From Candidatus Hermodarchaeota archaeon (GTDB lineage Archaea > Asgardarchaeota > Hermodarchaeia > Hermodarchaeales > Hermodarchaeaceae), in the NCBI GenBank assembly GCA_016840065.1, contig JAEOTB010000018.1:1-58482 (forward strand): a stretch of 58,482 nt of DNA, in the 5' to 3' direction. The stretch's first letter is position 1; the number at the start of each line of letters is the position of its first letter. This document shows positions 47,276-56,980 of this stretch, one piece after another. The notes beneath the pieces are model-generated. The model did not search any database. It had not been told where the DNA came from and saw only the letters and a program-made list of their open reading frames with translations. A program made the translations under genes and the position numbers.

Positions 47276-48134
47276 GCAACAACAATACTATCGTAAGAAG
47301 TACCTGCGTAATCTTCCGACAGCCTTCTGCACGGGCTGCGGTAACGGTACGATTCTAGGCTGCTTCGTCCGAGCAGTGGATGCTTTGGTTACAGGGAAGC
47401 GGCTACGCCAACGTGACCTACTCTGCGTCTCTGGAATAGGCTGTTCAGCATGGATTCCTAGCCCCTACTTCAAGGGAGACACTCTTCACACAACACATGG
47501 CAGGGCTATTGCATTTGCCACCGGCGCAAAAATTATGAATCCCAAACTCGACGTTGTTGTCTTCACGGGTGACGGGGACGGAGCTGCAATCGGTGGTAAT
47601 CACCTCATTCACGCCGCGCGCCGCAACATTCCTTTGAAAGTGATTCTAGTAAACAACATGATTTATGGTATGACTGGTGGTCAATCTGCTCCGACAACCC
47701 CAATGGGTGTTCGCTCCTCCACATATCAGAGACATCCTGAACATGCATTCGATCTTTGCCGCCTGGTTCTTGGTGCTGGAGCTAGTTATGTGGCGAGATG
47801 GACCACCTACCATATAGACGATGTTATTGCATCAATACAGGAGGCGCTTCTACACCCAGGGTTTGCGTTCATTGAGATTGTGTCGCAGTGCCCCACCTAC
47901 GCAGCCCAATTTTTTACAGAGTACAAAACCTCATTATCTCCTGAAGAGCGAGAGCGGTTTCAGCGTAATCCCGGCGCATGGATGCTAAAAGCCCTTAAGG
48001 GAAAAAGAACAGGTAAAGTTCTTGGTCACCCCCGCTATGAACTCGCCCTGAAGGGTCGCACCATTGAACTTGGCGTTTTCATTAAAGAAGAACGTACTAC
48101 CCTAACGGAGGCTCTTCAATCCCTTTGGAAATAA
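47247..48134 (+). CDS. 2-oxoacid:acceptor oxidoreductase beta subunit (TPP-binding)
   Basis: FCTGCG, SGIGCS, HTTHGRA, GDGD, NNMIYGMTGGQ; start re-called to TTG47247. Confidence 0.93.
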   Translation: MSQQTKPLGKQQQYYRKKYLRNLPTAFCTGCGNGTILGCFVRAVDALVTGKRLRQRDLLCVSGIGCSAWIPSPYFKGDTLHTTHGRAIAFATGAKIMNPKLDVVVFTGDGDGAAIGGNHLIHAARRNIPLKVILVNNMIYGMTGGQSAPTTPMGVRSSTYQRHPEHAFDLCRLVLGAGASYVARWTTYHIDDVIASIQEALLHPGFAFIEIVSQCPTYAAQFFTEYKTSLSPEERERFQRNPGAWMLKALKGKRTGKVLGHPRYELALKGRTIELGVFIKEERTTLTEALQSLWK

Positions 48135-48152
48135 AACGGCGAAGGTGAATGA

Positions 48153-48725
48153 TTGATGCACATAACTATACGATTAGCTGGCTACGGTGGATATGGTGTG
48201 GTAACAGCTAGCCGAATTCTCGGACTCGCATTCACTCAGCAAGATTATCACACACTGCAAACCGAATCCCATGGGGCAGCAGCTCGTGGGGGTTCCTGCA
48301 TCGCAGACCTCACAGTTTCCTCTAATCCTATTTTTGAACTTGGCTTCGACCGACCCGATATACTTGCCACGCTCACAGCCTCTGCCTTCTTGAAATGTTG
48401 TTCTATTAGCGCTGATCTGAGCAGTAACCTCTTAATAATCGAGTCCGACCTCCTCAGCAGTCCATCAATACAATCGACATTAAAAACCCTCAAACAAGAG
48501 GGCTCCACCCAGATTTTTCAAACAGAGCTGAGCAAAATTACAGAGGAGCTAGGACACGTAAGGTATCTAGGAGTTGCTTCACTTGGAGCTATTACCGAAG
48601 TTGATGATAGGATTAATATCGAGATGCTGGAAAAAACTGTTCGAAGCGATGTGAAGCTAAAACGGTTTGCCAAAGAAAACCTACACGCACTTCACCGCGG
48701 CGCTGAACTTGTGAACCCATACTAG
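48153..48725 (+). CDS. 2-oxoacid:acceptor oxidoreductase gamma subunit
   Basis: IRLAGYGGYGV, GAAARGG, KEN.A..RG. Confidence 0.88.
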   Translation: MMHITIRLAGYGGYGVVTASRILGLAFTQQDYHTLQTESHGAAARGGSCIADLTVSSNPIFELGFDRPDILATLTASAFLKCCSISADLSSNLLIIESDLLSSPSIQSTLKTLKQEGSTQIFQTELSKITEELGHVRYLGVASLGAITEVDDRINIEMLEKTVRSDVKLKRFAKENLHALHRGAELVNPY

Positions 48726-48763
48726 AGAAATATTGTGTGACGCACCAAGGTTGGCAGTTCAAC

Positions 48764-49705
48764 ATGCCTCAAATAAGGAACTATTTTGCCCTCATTGTTG
48801 CCGCTGTCTGTTTTGGTACCATCCCGATTTTTTCAAGTTACCTAACCGGCCTCTACGGCGTTCCTTCTCTCCAACAAGCTTTTTTCCGTGTGTTTTTCAC
48901 TGTAATTTTTCTCTTCATCGGTATAGGAATCTTTCATTCTTTTCGTGGCTTGAAGCTTGAACGAAAACACCTTCCCTCTTTTCTTCTCTACGGGCTAATC
49001 GGTATAGCCACCTCGATTATCGCATACATAACGGCGATTGCGATTGGTACTCCTGTTGTAGTCGCAGTCTCTTTGACATACCTTTATCCTGCAATAACGC
49101 TTCTTCTCGCCAGGTGGGTCTTGAAAGAGCCCTTAAACCGCGTCCGCCTCATAGCCGTACCATTATCCGTTGGTGGCGCAATCATCGTCTCACTCCCATT
49201 AGAGATTACAGCTAGCCCAGTGCCAGTTGTTGGCATTATTCTAGCAGTAGCTAACGGAATCTTTGCTGCGTTCTATGTTATCTTCGGTCGGAAATGGGGT
49301 GGTCACGAAGGTTACAATCCTTCAATGACAACATTTTGGGGATACCTCTTTGCACTGCTGTGGATGATTCCCTTGATTTTCTCCATCAACCTCGTGGTTA
49401 CAGATCCTCTAGTCAGTGGTTTCCATTTCCTATTGCCACTCCCTGCGTGGTTACTCTTGATAGGCTTCGCCTTTGTAAGCACCACAATCCCTTATACGCT
49501 CGTCAATATTGGCTTGGAGGGCATCGACGCTTCCGCTGCGTCAATTATCCTCCTCCTTGATCCCATTAGTGCTGTCGTAATGGCTTACTTCTTTTTGGGA
49601 CAGGCAGTCGCTTTCTGGCAGTTCATTGGCGCAGTTCTCATACTCCTCGCAACTACTCTTATCGCTATCGAGCCTAGACTTGTTGCACGCTCCAAAAACC
49701 TTTAA
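48764..49705 (+). CDS. EamA/DMT family transporter
   Basis: ~10 TMs, YLYPA...LKE, ASIILLLDP. Confidence 0.9.
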   Translation: MPQIRNYFALIVAAVCFGTIPIFSSYLTGLYGVPSLQQAFFRVFFTVIFLFIGIGIFHSFRGLKLERKHLPSFLLYGLIGIATSIIAYITAIAIGTPVVVAVSLTYLYPAITLLLARWVLKEPLNRVRLIAVPLSVGGAIIVSLPLEITASPVPVVGIILAVANGIFAAFYVIFGRKWGGHEGYNPSMTTFWGYLFALLWMIPLIFSINLVVTDPLVSGFHFLLPLPAWLLLIGFAFVSTTIPYTLVNIGLEGIDASAASIILLLDPISAVVMAYFFLGQAVAFWQFIGAVLILLATTLIAIEPRLVARSKNL

Positions 49706-49824
49706 TAGCCTAAACACCCGATATACATTGTGTGACAAGGTATGGTGGTAAACGATGCATAAACAATGCCGGTTTCCACAAATCTTATTACCACCATAGA
49801 AAGCCGCGATGAAGGCGAGAAACA

Positions 49825-52800
49825 ATGACAGAAGAACTAGGCATAGAAATAGTTGAAGGCTACCGCGAAGATCTCGCTTCACGAATAGCCGACATGTTTA
49901 ACGGATGGGATGAATTGTGGCCTGGTGGCTTCACAGGAGGCGTCCCATACACCGCAGAACGAGTACACAAAATCTACTCCAAAATGCGGGCAATCACGAT
50001 TCTAATAGCAATGGACAAAGACAAACCTGTTGGTTTTCTTTCTCTACTACAACACTGGCGAGACCCCGAAGCCGCCTATATCGGACTCCTCGGGGTTTCC
50101 CCAGAAGCCCTAAAGAAAAAGGTAGGCAAACGCCTCCTCCTACGAAGCATTGCCATCGCCACCGAAAAGGGCTATCTTCGCGTAGACCTGAACACATGGG
50201 CTGGAAACCTTCGCGCGGTTCCTCTCTACAAGAAAATTGGGCTGATGTGGAATCCTGAAACAGATGGTGTTTATCTCCAAGGCTGGATTTCTGGAATCCT
50301 TCAACATCCTCTGTGTGCTCCGTTTTTCCAGAAGCACTCTGACCCAGCGGCATGGTATGATCTTCAGCAACGGGAACTCACTCAAGCCCCTGATGATATG
50401 AAGGAAGGAAAGATGAATGTCTTTATCTACGAGTTCAAAGCGGGGGAGGATAATCTCAGGGTTATTGTTGATCGATATGCTCGAGCCATAACAGGAATAG
50501 AGCGAATCATCGATGGAGAGCGCCTAAAGGTCAATGCACGCGTACCTGACCAATTAACCCTTTGCGGTATTCCCTCCTCATACTTGCTTGAAATTACAAA
50601 CGAGACAAAGGAGGATATTGAACTCTCCGTTTCGCTAGAGGGTTTCGATGCACTTCACTTTGAAGAAAAATATGAAAATACCATGAAGGTTCCTGCTGGA
50701 AAATCCTCGGTTTGGTCAGTGCCCTTCCATCTTGATTCCTCGGCAGTCGTCTTCCGTAAAGAACTAAAATCTCCATCAATTAAAGCCGAGTTGAAGCTAG
50801 CCGAAACCGAATTTATACTACACACTGGTTTGAAGATAAAACCCGCTGCCGAAATAAGTACGCAATTTGGCGAAACACGAATAGTACCAGGGGGTACAAC
50901 GCAGCTCCCCCTCACAATCACAAGTAATGCCTCCACATCTCTTCGAGGAAAACTTCGTTTCGACACCCCAAGTGCATCTCTTACTGTATCGCCGATGGAA
51001 TACGATGTAGAGCTTACACCAGAGGGGCTCTCTGGTGCAGTGATTGAGGTTTCTGCCAAGAAGGATTCGCCTCCTGGGACATATGATCTGTTGGCTGCAC
51101 TCCACCTTCAAGAAAAGACCAGCAAGGGTTTGAAGGTGACCACAAGGAAATATCGCATACCAATCTATTGCATCCCAGAGGGAGGAGTGACTGTAGGCGA
51201 AGATGACCGTACGCGCGAACTCCATGTTGTTAGCACGGATTACTCTACTCGTATCGCTCGGGAAGGTGGTCAAATACAAATCCTTAGCCAACTAGAACAA
51301 GTCCCTTCACTAGTACTAAGGAATGAAGTAGGGCCTCCCTTTGGCCTCAGTCCTTTCCGATTCGCTGAACAAGAAATAGATATTGACCAATCTAATTCAT
51401 CAACAATCGTTTCACTAACCGCAGTTCACCCAGAACGCCCCCTCAAGATAGTAACCAGACTCACATTCCCTCATAACTCTTCTCAAATTTCCCAGGAAAC
51501 ATTAGTGAGAAACACTAGTAACGAAGAACATAGTTTCCAACTAAGACTCATAGGTCCAGGAGGAGGAATATCCCTAAGCACTGGAACAGCCATCATCCCC
51601 TTGGCATCTGGTATTGTCGAAGGACCAACTACTAGTAGCTTAGTGAGCTATCCCTCCATTCAAACTAGTCCAGAAGTCTTTGGCGAAGAATGGGTCGCCA
51701 TCAAGGGAGAATCACTAACAATTGGTCAGGTATGGGATCCTGAGAACCTAGAAGAAATATATGTGAATACCGGGCGTATCAGCCAAATCCAGTATCGCCA
51801 AGTTACTCTAGGGCCTGGTGAACAGAAGTGCCTCTCAAGAATTTGGCACATTGCGGGTGCGCCAGACTGGACCACAATCCAACGAGTTTGGCAGGAAAAA
51901 ATCAAGCATCAAATTCCCCAATTAAGCGAGTTGCGAGAGCCCACCGAGACTACGCCGGTTCTACGGATTACTCCCCCAACAATCGTGCTTTCTCACAGGC
52001 AAAAAGTTAGTCGCGAATTCCCGATTCGATATCAAGCGAATTCACCCTTGTCAGGTCCCCTATCCATTGAACCTCTGAAGGAATGGTCCACTAAGCTAGA
52101 GCTTCTCGACACAGAAAGCGATACCTCACCTATCATGCTTTCCGAAATAACCAGTAACAACCTCCCCAACCTCCGCTTAACACTATCACCAACTAAATCT
52201 ACACCTGATAGATTCGCTCTCTTCAAGGCAAATATGGCTTGGCAGACTCCTGTTCTAACACGCCAATCTTTCTCGATTGTTCAACTAGGCACAGCAGGTA
52301 GCAAGGTCGGCATCTCAGAGGAGCGCGAAGAGGACTTGAGAGTGTTTCGAGTGAAAAATGGTATACTCGAGTTTGCAGTGTCACCAGACTTCGGAGGATG
52401 CCTTTACTCACTAAAGAATCATCAAGGAACAGAAATGCTCTGCTCAGCGTACCCAACACCGCAGCCAAAAATATTCATACAGAACTATTATGGTGGAATT
52501 CAATCAGTCATATCAGGGGTGGATGAGGATTTCTTACAAGCAAAGACAAATAGGGAAAAAATGGATGCCACCCCTTGCACATTGGGAAAACTCTGGAAGG
52601 GTGTCGAAGTATCTTGGCGGAGTGAGTTGCAACCTGTCTGTCGAGGTGCAGAGTTCAAAATACGATATCTCACGGCACCCGGAAGTCCACTGATACTGAT
52701 GGACTGGCATTTCATAAACAAAACATCAGCTCCACTCCGGCTGTTCACAGTACAATTAATGGATGTCGGCTTTAATGGCAGTGTGCATGAAACTGTACTG

Positions 52801-53118
52801 CAGGCAAGGTGGGATAATGGCTTCACTGAGATTAGGCCCAGTCCAACACCTGCAGCTTTCACACCAGACACAGGCGTTGCTTGGCTTAGACGAGAATCTT
52901 CAGAATCTGATTCTCCAGAGGGATTGGCGTTTCTCACAGCTGGGCGAAGAAAGACATTGCTTGTAATCCATATTGGGATGGCTGCATGGATTGGTAGTTT
53001 CGATGCTAACCTCTGGCTCAGACCAGGAGAAGAACGAGTCCAGCGCTGTTGCCTTGTCGTCAACCCACCAAATGGAGAAGAACTCGAAGGAATCCAGCAA
53101 ATCCTGCATGATCTGTGA
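49825..53118 (+). CDS. Large multidomain GNAT acetyltransferase (1097 aa)
   Basis: WPGGFTGGVP.TAER, TWAGNLRAVPLYKKIG; collinear paralog of 11134-14364. Confidence 0.85.
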   Translation: MTEELGIEIVEGYREDLASRIADMFNGWDELWPGGFTGGVPYTAERVHKIYSKMRAITILIAMDKDKPVGFLSLLQHWRDPEAAYIGLLGVSPEALKKKVGKRLLLRSIAIATEKGYLRVDLNTWAGNLRAVPLYKKIGLMWNPETDGVYLQGWISGILQHPLCAPFFQKHSDPAAWYDLQQRELTQAPDDMKEGKMNVFIYEFKAGEDNLRVIVDRYARAITGIERIIDGERLKVNARVPDQLTLCGIPSSYLLEITNETKEDIELSVSLEGFDALHFEEKYENTMKVPAGKSSVWSVPFHLDSSAVVFRKELKSPSIKAELKLAETEFILHTGLKIKPAAEISTQFGETRIVPGGTTQLPLTITSNASTSLRGKLRFDTPSASLTVSPMEYDVELTPEGLSGAVIEVSAKKDSPPGTYDLLAALHLQEKTSKGLKVTTRKYRIPIYCIPEGGVTVGEDDRTRELHVVSTDYSTRIAREGGQIQILSQLEQVPSLVLRNEVGPPFGLSPFRFAEQEIDIDQSNSSTIVSLTAVHPERPLKIVTRLTFPHNSSQISQETLVRNTSNEEHSFQLRLIGPGGGISLSTGTAIIPLASGIVEGPTTSSLVSYPSIQTSPEVFGEEWVAIKGESLTIGQVWDPENLEEIYVNTGRISQIQYRQVTLGPGEQKCLSRIWHIAGAPDWTTIQRVWQEKIKHQIPQLSELREPTETTPVLRITPPTIVLSHRQKVSREFPIRYQANSPLSGPLSIEPLKEWSTKLELLDTESDTSPIMLSEITSNNLPNLRLTLSPTKSTPDRFALFKANMAWQTPVLTRQSFSIVQLGTAGSKVGISEEREEDLRVFRVKNGILEFAVSPDFGGCLYSLKNHQGTEMLCSAYPTPQPKIFIQNYYGGIQSVISGVDEDFLQAKTNREKMDATPCTLGKLWKGVEVSWRSELQPVCRGAEFKIRYLTAPGSPLILMDWHFINKTSAPLRLFTVQLMDVGFNGSVHETVLQARWDNGFTEIRPSPTPAAFTPDTGVAWLRRESSESDSPEGLAFLTAGRRKTLLVIHIGMAAWIGSFDANLWLRPGEERVQRCCLVVNPPNGEELEGIQQILHDL

Positions 53119-53191
53119 AATACTTCTGCATCACAACATCTGTGAAGTACTTAAGCATAGGATGCTCCAAGTCTACATGGAGTTGTGATCA

Positions 53192-54178
53192 TTGAGTCTT
53201 CCCAAAGGCAAGCTCGGGTTTGCAGATTTAGAGCGGTTAGTGTTTCGACATCTTCCACGAGTGAATGATTCACGTGAAGTTCCCCTAGATTTCACAGCAG
53301 CCCCAGCTTCTGGTAATCTTGTCGTAGCCTCTGATCCAGTAATTGGAGTTCCTCTAGAGTATTATGGGTTCTTTGCAGTTCACTACTCAGCAGCAGATGT
53401 CTCCATGTCACGTGCAGTTCCCAAGTACCTTACTTTAGGCGTCTATTACCCTCCGGGTACACCAGAGAAATGGTTGAAAAGTAATATGCGCCAACTTGGA
53501 AAAGCAGCCCGACAACTTGATATACGCATTCTCGGCGGCCACACAGGAGGCTACGACGGCCTCACGCTCCCCATTATCTCCACGACTTGTTTTGGCTTTT
53601 TCCCTGAAAAGTCACAAGCACCACGCCCTGTTAAACCCGGAGATTCCCTAATTGCAGTAGGTTCTGTCGGTAGAGAGACCCTCTGGTTTCTAGCAAATGT
53701 CGAACCTGAAAAGGTCGATGAGGTATTGCGAAGAAGGAAGCGCAAACAAGTAGCACGGGATTTGAGCCAATTTGACGTCGCATCAGTTGTCATTTCTCTC
53801 TCCTATCAGGAAATACTCCTAATGCATGATTTAGCAGAAGGAGGGCTAGCAACGGCTGTAAGTGAACTGAGCGAAGCTACTGATCTCGGTCTAATCCTCC
53901 ATTACGATGCGATTCCTTGGGATGAAGCCATCATCACCCTCTGTACCAATCTTGGCTGGAACCCGCTTCACTGCTCCTCCTTTGGAAGCTTTCTAATAGC
54001 TACTCCAAAAGATGGAGCCTCTGAGATCTTGAGTAGAATCAAACAACAAAATCGCCCCGCGGCAATCATCGGCGAGTTTACCAAAGACCACCAAACTCTA
54101 CTTGACCGTGACGGAAGAATAACTCCCTTATCAATGGGACACGACCCTTACAAGGATTATACTATCAGATTAACCTAA
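53192..54178 (+). CDS. AIR-synthase/PurM-superfamily protein (ThiL/HypE-like)
   Basis: GKL N-terminus, SDP, ILGGHT, MHDLAEGGL, IIGEF. Confidence 0.8.
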   Translation: MSLPKGKLGFADLERLVFRHLPRVNDSREVPLDFTAAPASGNLVVASDPVIGVPLEYYGFFAVHYSAADVSMSRAVPKYLTLGVYYPPGTPEKWLKSNMRQLGKAARQLDIRILGGHTGGYDGLTLPIISTTCFGFFPEKSQAPRPVKPGDSLIAVGSVGRETLWFLANVEPEKVDEVLRRRKRKQVARDLSQFDVASVVISLSYQEILLMHDLAEGGLATAVSELSEATDLGLILHYDAIPWDEAIITLCTNLGWNPLHCSSFGSFLIATPKDGASEILSRIKQQNRPAAIIGEFTKDHQTLLDRDGRITPLSMGHDPYKDYTIRLT

Positions 54179-54933
54179 CCAGACCTCTGTTGAACCCGTT
54201 TTGCATGAAAGACAAGAAATGCGCCTAGACTCCTTGAGAGCCATCTCTTACCCCAGCATTCCTCAAGTCGTGCTAGGATAGGTAAGAATCGGGTTGGTGT
54301 GAATGTGGGTGCATAGACAGACCCACGGTACCCAAGAGCAGCAAAGGACGCTCGATGGAGTAAACTAGTGACTTCCCATGGGGTTAGAAACCGTGCATAA
54401 GCGAAGATGTCTTTCCGGGCAAAAGTTCGAATTCTTCGTTCCATCCCCCAGATGCTTGTAGATGATAAGATACCAAGTACAAGTTTCCCACAAGAACGTA
54501 AAGTCTTGTGAATACCTTCAAGCATCAGTAAAGGATTTGGTACGAACTCTAATACTGTAATCCCCGAAACCAAATCGGCTATTCCCTCTCTGAAGGGTAG
54601 GCACTCACCATCGGCAAGTACAAACTCTGCACGTGGATTGGTATACAATTTCTCTCTAGCGACTGCTATCATCCGCCATGAAAGATCAACGCCGACAGTA
54701 TAAGCGCCCCTTTGAATCAACAACTCCATGGACATGCCGGATCCTGCGCCGAGATCCACTGCAATTCCTTCAATACAGTTAGGCAACGTCGAGTCAATCG
54801 CTGCAGATTCTACCTCCCAGACATATTTTCCGAGTGGTGTTGAGTACCAAACATCATAAAAGCGAGCGATACTTCCGAATGCTGTTCCAACAGCCACCTT
54901 GTGTTCCTTTGAGGCAGATTGGTTATTCGCCAA
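54175..54933 (-). CDS. Class I SAM-dependent methyltransferase
   Basis: YD.WY.TPLG, VDLGAGSG, GVDLS..M, DGE.LPF; start re-called to TTG after GGTGA. Confidence 0.85.
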   Translation of the reverse strand: MANNQSASKEHKVAVGTAFGSIARFYDVWYSTPLGKYVWEVESAAIDSTLPNCIEGIAVDLGAGSGMSMELLIQRGAYTVGVDLSWRMIAVAREKLYTNPRAEFVLADGECLPFREGIADLVSGITVLEFVPNPLLMLEGIHKTLRSCGKLVLGILSSTSIWGMERRIRTFARKDIFAYARFLTPWEVTSLLHRASFAALGYRGSVYAPTFTPTRFLPILARLEECWGKRWLSRSLGAFLVFHAKRVQQRSG

Positions 54934-55480
54934 TACACTCACCGCTATGTCTTTCACAAATAAGCCGCACCCGCTTAACAATGGTCTTCGGATTATCACC
55001 AAACACCACAACAAGGGCCTCAAGCCCATGAGCACCCTGATCATACAGGACTTTTGGAACATAACCAAGTGTCTCCAAAGCCGTTAGGGTTAGACAACTT
55101 GGAGGAGATTGATTTCTTGGCCACCGAAACTCCGCTGGTTCCAATCCTTGTGCCTGACCCGCTGCTATAATCTCAGAAGTACAACGGAGAGAAATCGCTG
55201 ACCGGATTGAAGGCTCCAGTTTGTGGGCTGCTAATACGACAGGACCCATGAATGGTGCCCAACCAAAATCGATATCGCCACAGGCTTTTGGTCGTCCACG
55301 TACTAGGATTATGCGTCCGGTGAGTCCTGCCACCTCTTCTTGTTGGACAGCATCGGGTAGACAGTAGACGATGTTGCTGCCAACCTCTGGAACTAGTCTA
55401 TCAAATCCCTGTAGGCTTTCCAAAGCTGCAACACTGTTAGCCAGTTGGGTGACCACCTCCATTCTAGTCAAATCCTGCAT
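54923..55480 (-). CDS. Stand-alone ThiN (thiamine-phosphate synthase)-family domain protein
   Basis: LVPEVGSNIVY, VAG..GRI, IRSA, YDxGAHGLE. Confidence 0.8.
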   Translation of the reverse strand: MQDLTRMEVVTQLANSVAALESLQGFDRLVPEVGSNIVYCLPDAVQQEEVAGLTGRIILVRGRPKACGDIDFGWAPFMGPVVLAAHKLEPSIRSAISLRCTSEIIAAGQAQGLEPAEFRWPRNQSPPSCLTLTALETLGYVPKVLYDQGAHGLEALVVVFGDNPKTIVKRVRLICERHSGECIGE

Positions 55481-55617
55481 GATAACACCTCGGCCGCTTG
55501 CTACTGTAGCTCTTTAGAATCTTATTACTCCTCCATTAACAGAGCTAAAAAGAAGGAATAAAGGCTTTTATAACAGGGCAGTCAGAACTAGAAACAACAC
55601 TCCTAGGAAGTGTAGAA

Positions 55618-56274
55618 ATGCAAGGAAAAGGGTCAGTTTCACTCAATATTGCAACCGTCGGTATTATGAGTGCATTAATGGCTGTTCTGTCATATGCAAG
55701 CATCGTTGTTCCCCCGCCTTTGGGAAGCATCGACGCATCGTCAGTCCTTATCTTCGTAGTTGCTATACTTTATGGTCCTGTTTTAGGCGTTTCAATAACA
55801 TGTATCGGTCAGTTCGTGGGCAAGGGGTTACTGATTAGCTTCTATGGATATCCCGCTGTTTTCATTCCAGGTGTCGTCGCGGTAAGGGGAGTTGAAGCCC
55901 TCATTGTAGGATTCATCAGCCGCAAGATGTTCGAAGGAGGATATGGTCTTGAAGCCTTAGCGATGATAATCGGCGTTCTATGGGAGACTGTAGGCTTTGT
56001 GGTTGCCGATATCTACCTGTTCGGTGCTGCAGGATTAGCTACTATTTTCACATTTGTGGATTTTGTCTGGGTACCTTTCGGAATAGCTGCCATTGCCTAT
56101 GTTCGAACTGCTTTCAAAGCTAGATACCTAGATGAAGAATTGGGTCTCATAGGGTCAGGGACTAGATGGGGACTTCTTATCGGAAGTGTAGTATTCATCG
56201 TTTGCTGCTGGGCTCTCATTTTCCTAGCTGGAGCTACAGGGTTCTTGATGGGACCACTCTTTCCAACTAGCTGA
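55618..56274 (+). CDS. ECF transporter S component (solitary)
   Basis: IATVGIMSALMAV, ILYGP..G, ~6-7 TMs. Confidence 0.75.
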   Translation: MQGKGSVSLNIATVGIMSALMAVLSYASIVVPPPLGSIDASSVLIFVVAILYGPVLGVSITCIGQFVGKGLLISFYGYPAVFIPGVVAVRGVEALIVGFISRKMFEGGYGLEALAMIIGVLWETVGFVVADIYLFGAAGLATIFTFVDFVWVPFGIAAIAYVRTAFKARYLDEELGLIGSGTRWGLLIGSVVFIVCCWALIFLAGATGFLMGPLFPTS

Positions 56275-56372
56275 TTTGACTTCACAGAACATGTCCAGAA
56301 AGAATCGAAATACATTCCCTCATGTAAAACACTCAATGCCTCAGTCGGTATTCTACAGAAGGTGAAAGATGG

Positions 56373-56906
56373 ATGCGTCGTTCTATTGGTAAAACAATCG
56401 TGGAGCTGATTCATGCTGATATTACTGATTTAGCTACTGACGCGATTGTGAACGCAGCAAACGAGGAACTCCAACTGGGTGGGGGTGTTGCGGGTGCCAT
56501 TCGCAGGCGAGGCGGTTCAGCCATCCAAAGAGAATGCGACGATATTGGGGGAACTCCAGTGGGGACAGCAGTTATCACGACTGGCGGAAACCTGAAAGCT
56601 CGTTTCGTAATTCACTGCGTTGGCCCTAGGTGGGGAGAAGGGCAAGAGGACGAAAAGTTGGCAAACGCTATTCTCAGCGCGCTCAAGCTAGCAGATGGTC
56701 GTCAGTTTCGCAGTATAGCATTCCCCGCAATAAGCACTGGAATCTTTGGCTTCCCCAAGGATCGAGCAGCACAAGTTATTCTTTCCACTACAATCGACTA
56801 CCTAAAGCAGGGCATCTCCAAGCTGCGTCGTGTCATCTTCTGTCTTTATGACCCCTCCTCGTTCGATATCTTCAAACAAGTAATGGAACGCCTGACACCT
56901 TGCTAA
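56373..56906 (+). CDS. Macro domain (ADP-ribose binding/hydrolase) protein
   Basis: DAIVNAAN..L..GGGVAGAI, VIHCVGP, SIAFPAISTGIFGFP. Confidence 0.93.
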   Translation: MRRSIGKTIVELIHADITDLATDAIVNAANEELQLGGGVAGAIRRRGGSAIQRECDDIGGTPVGTAVITTGGNLKARFVIHCVGPRWGEGQEDEKLANAILSALKLADGRQFRSIAFPAISTGIFGFPKDRAAQVILSTTIDYLKQGISKLRRVIFCLYDPSSFDIFKQVMERLTPC

Positions 56907-56980
56907 TCAAGTAGGACACATGCCAGTTCCAGAAAGGCTAAATGCAGCCTCAGAACAAAACAAGAGCATCGGTGAATTAT

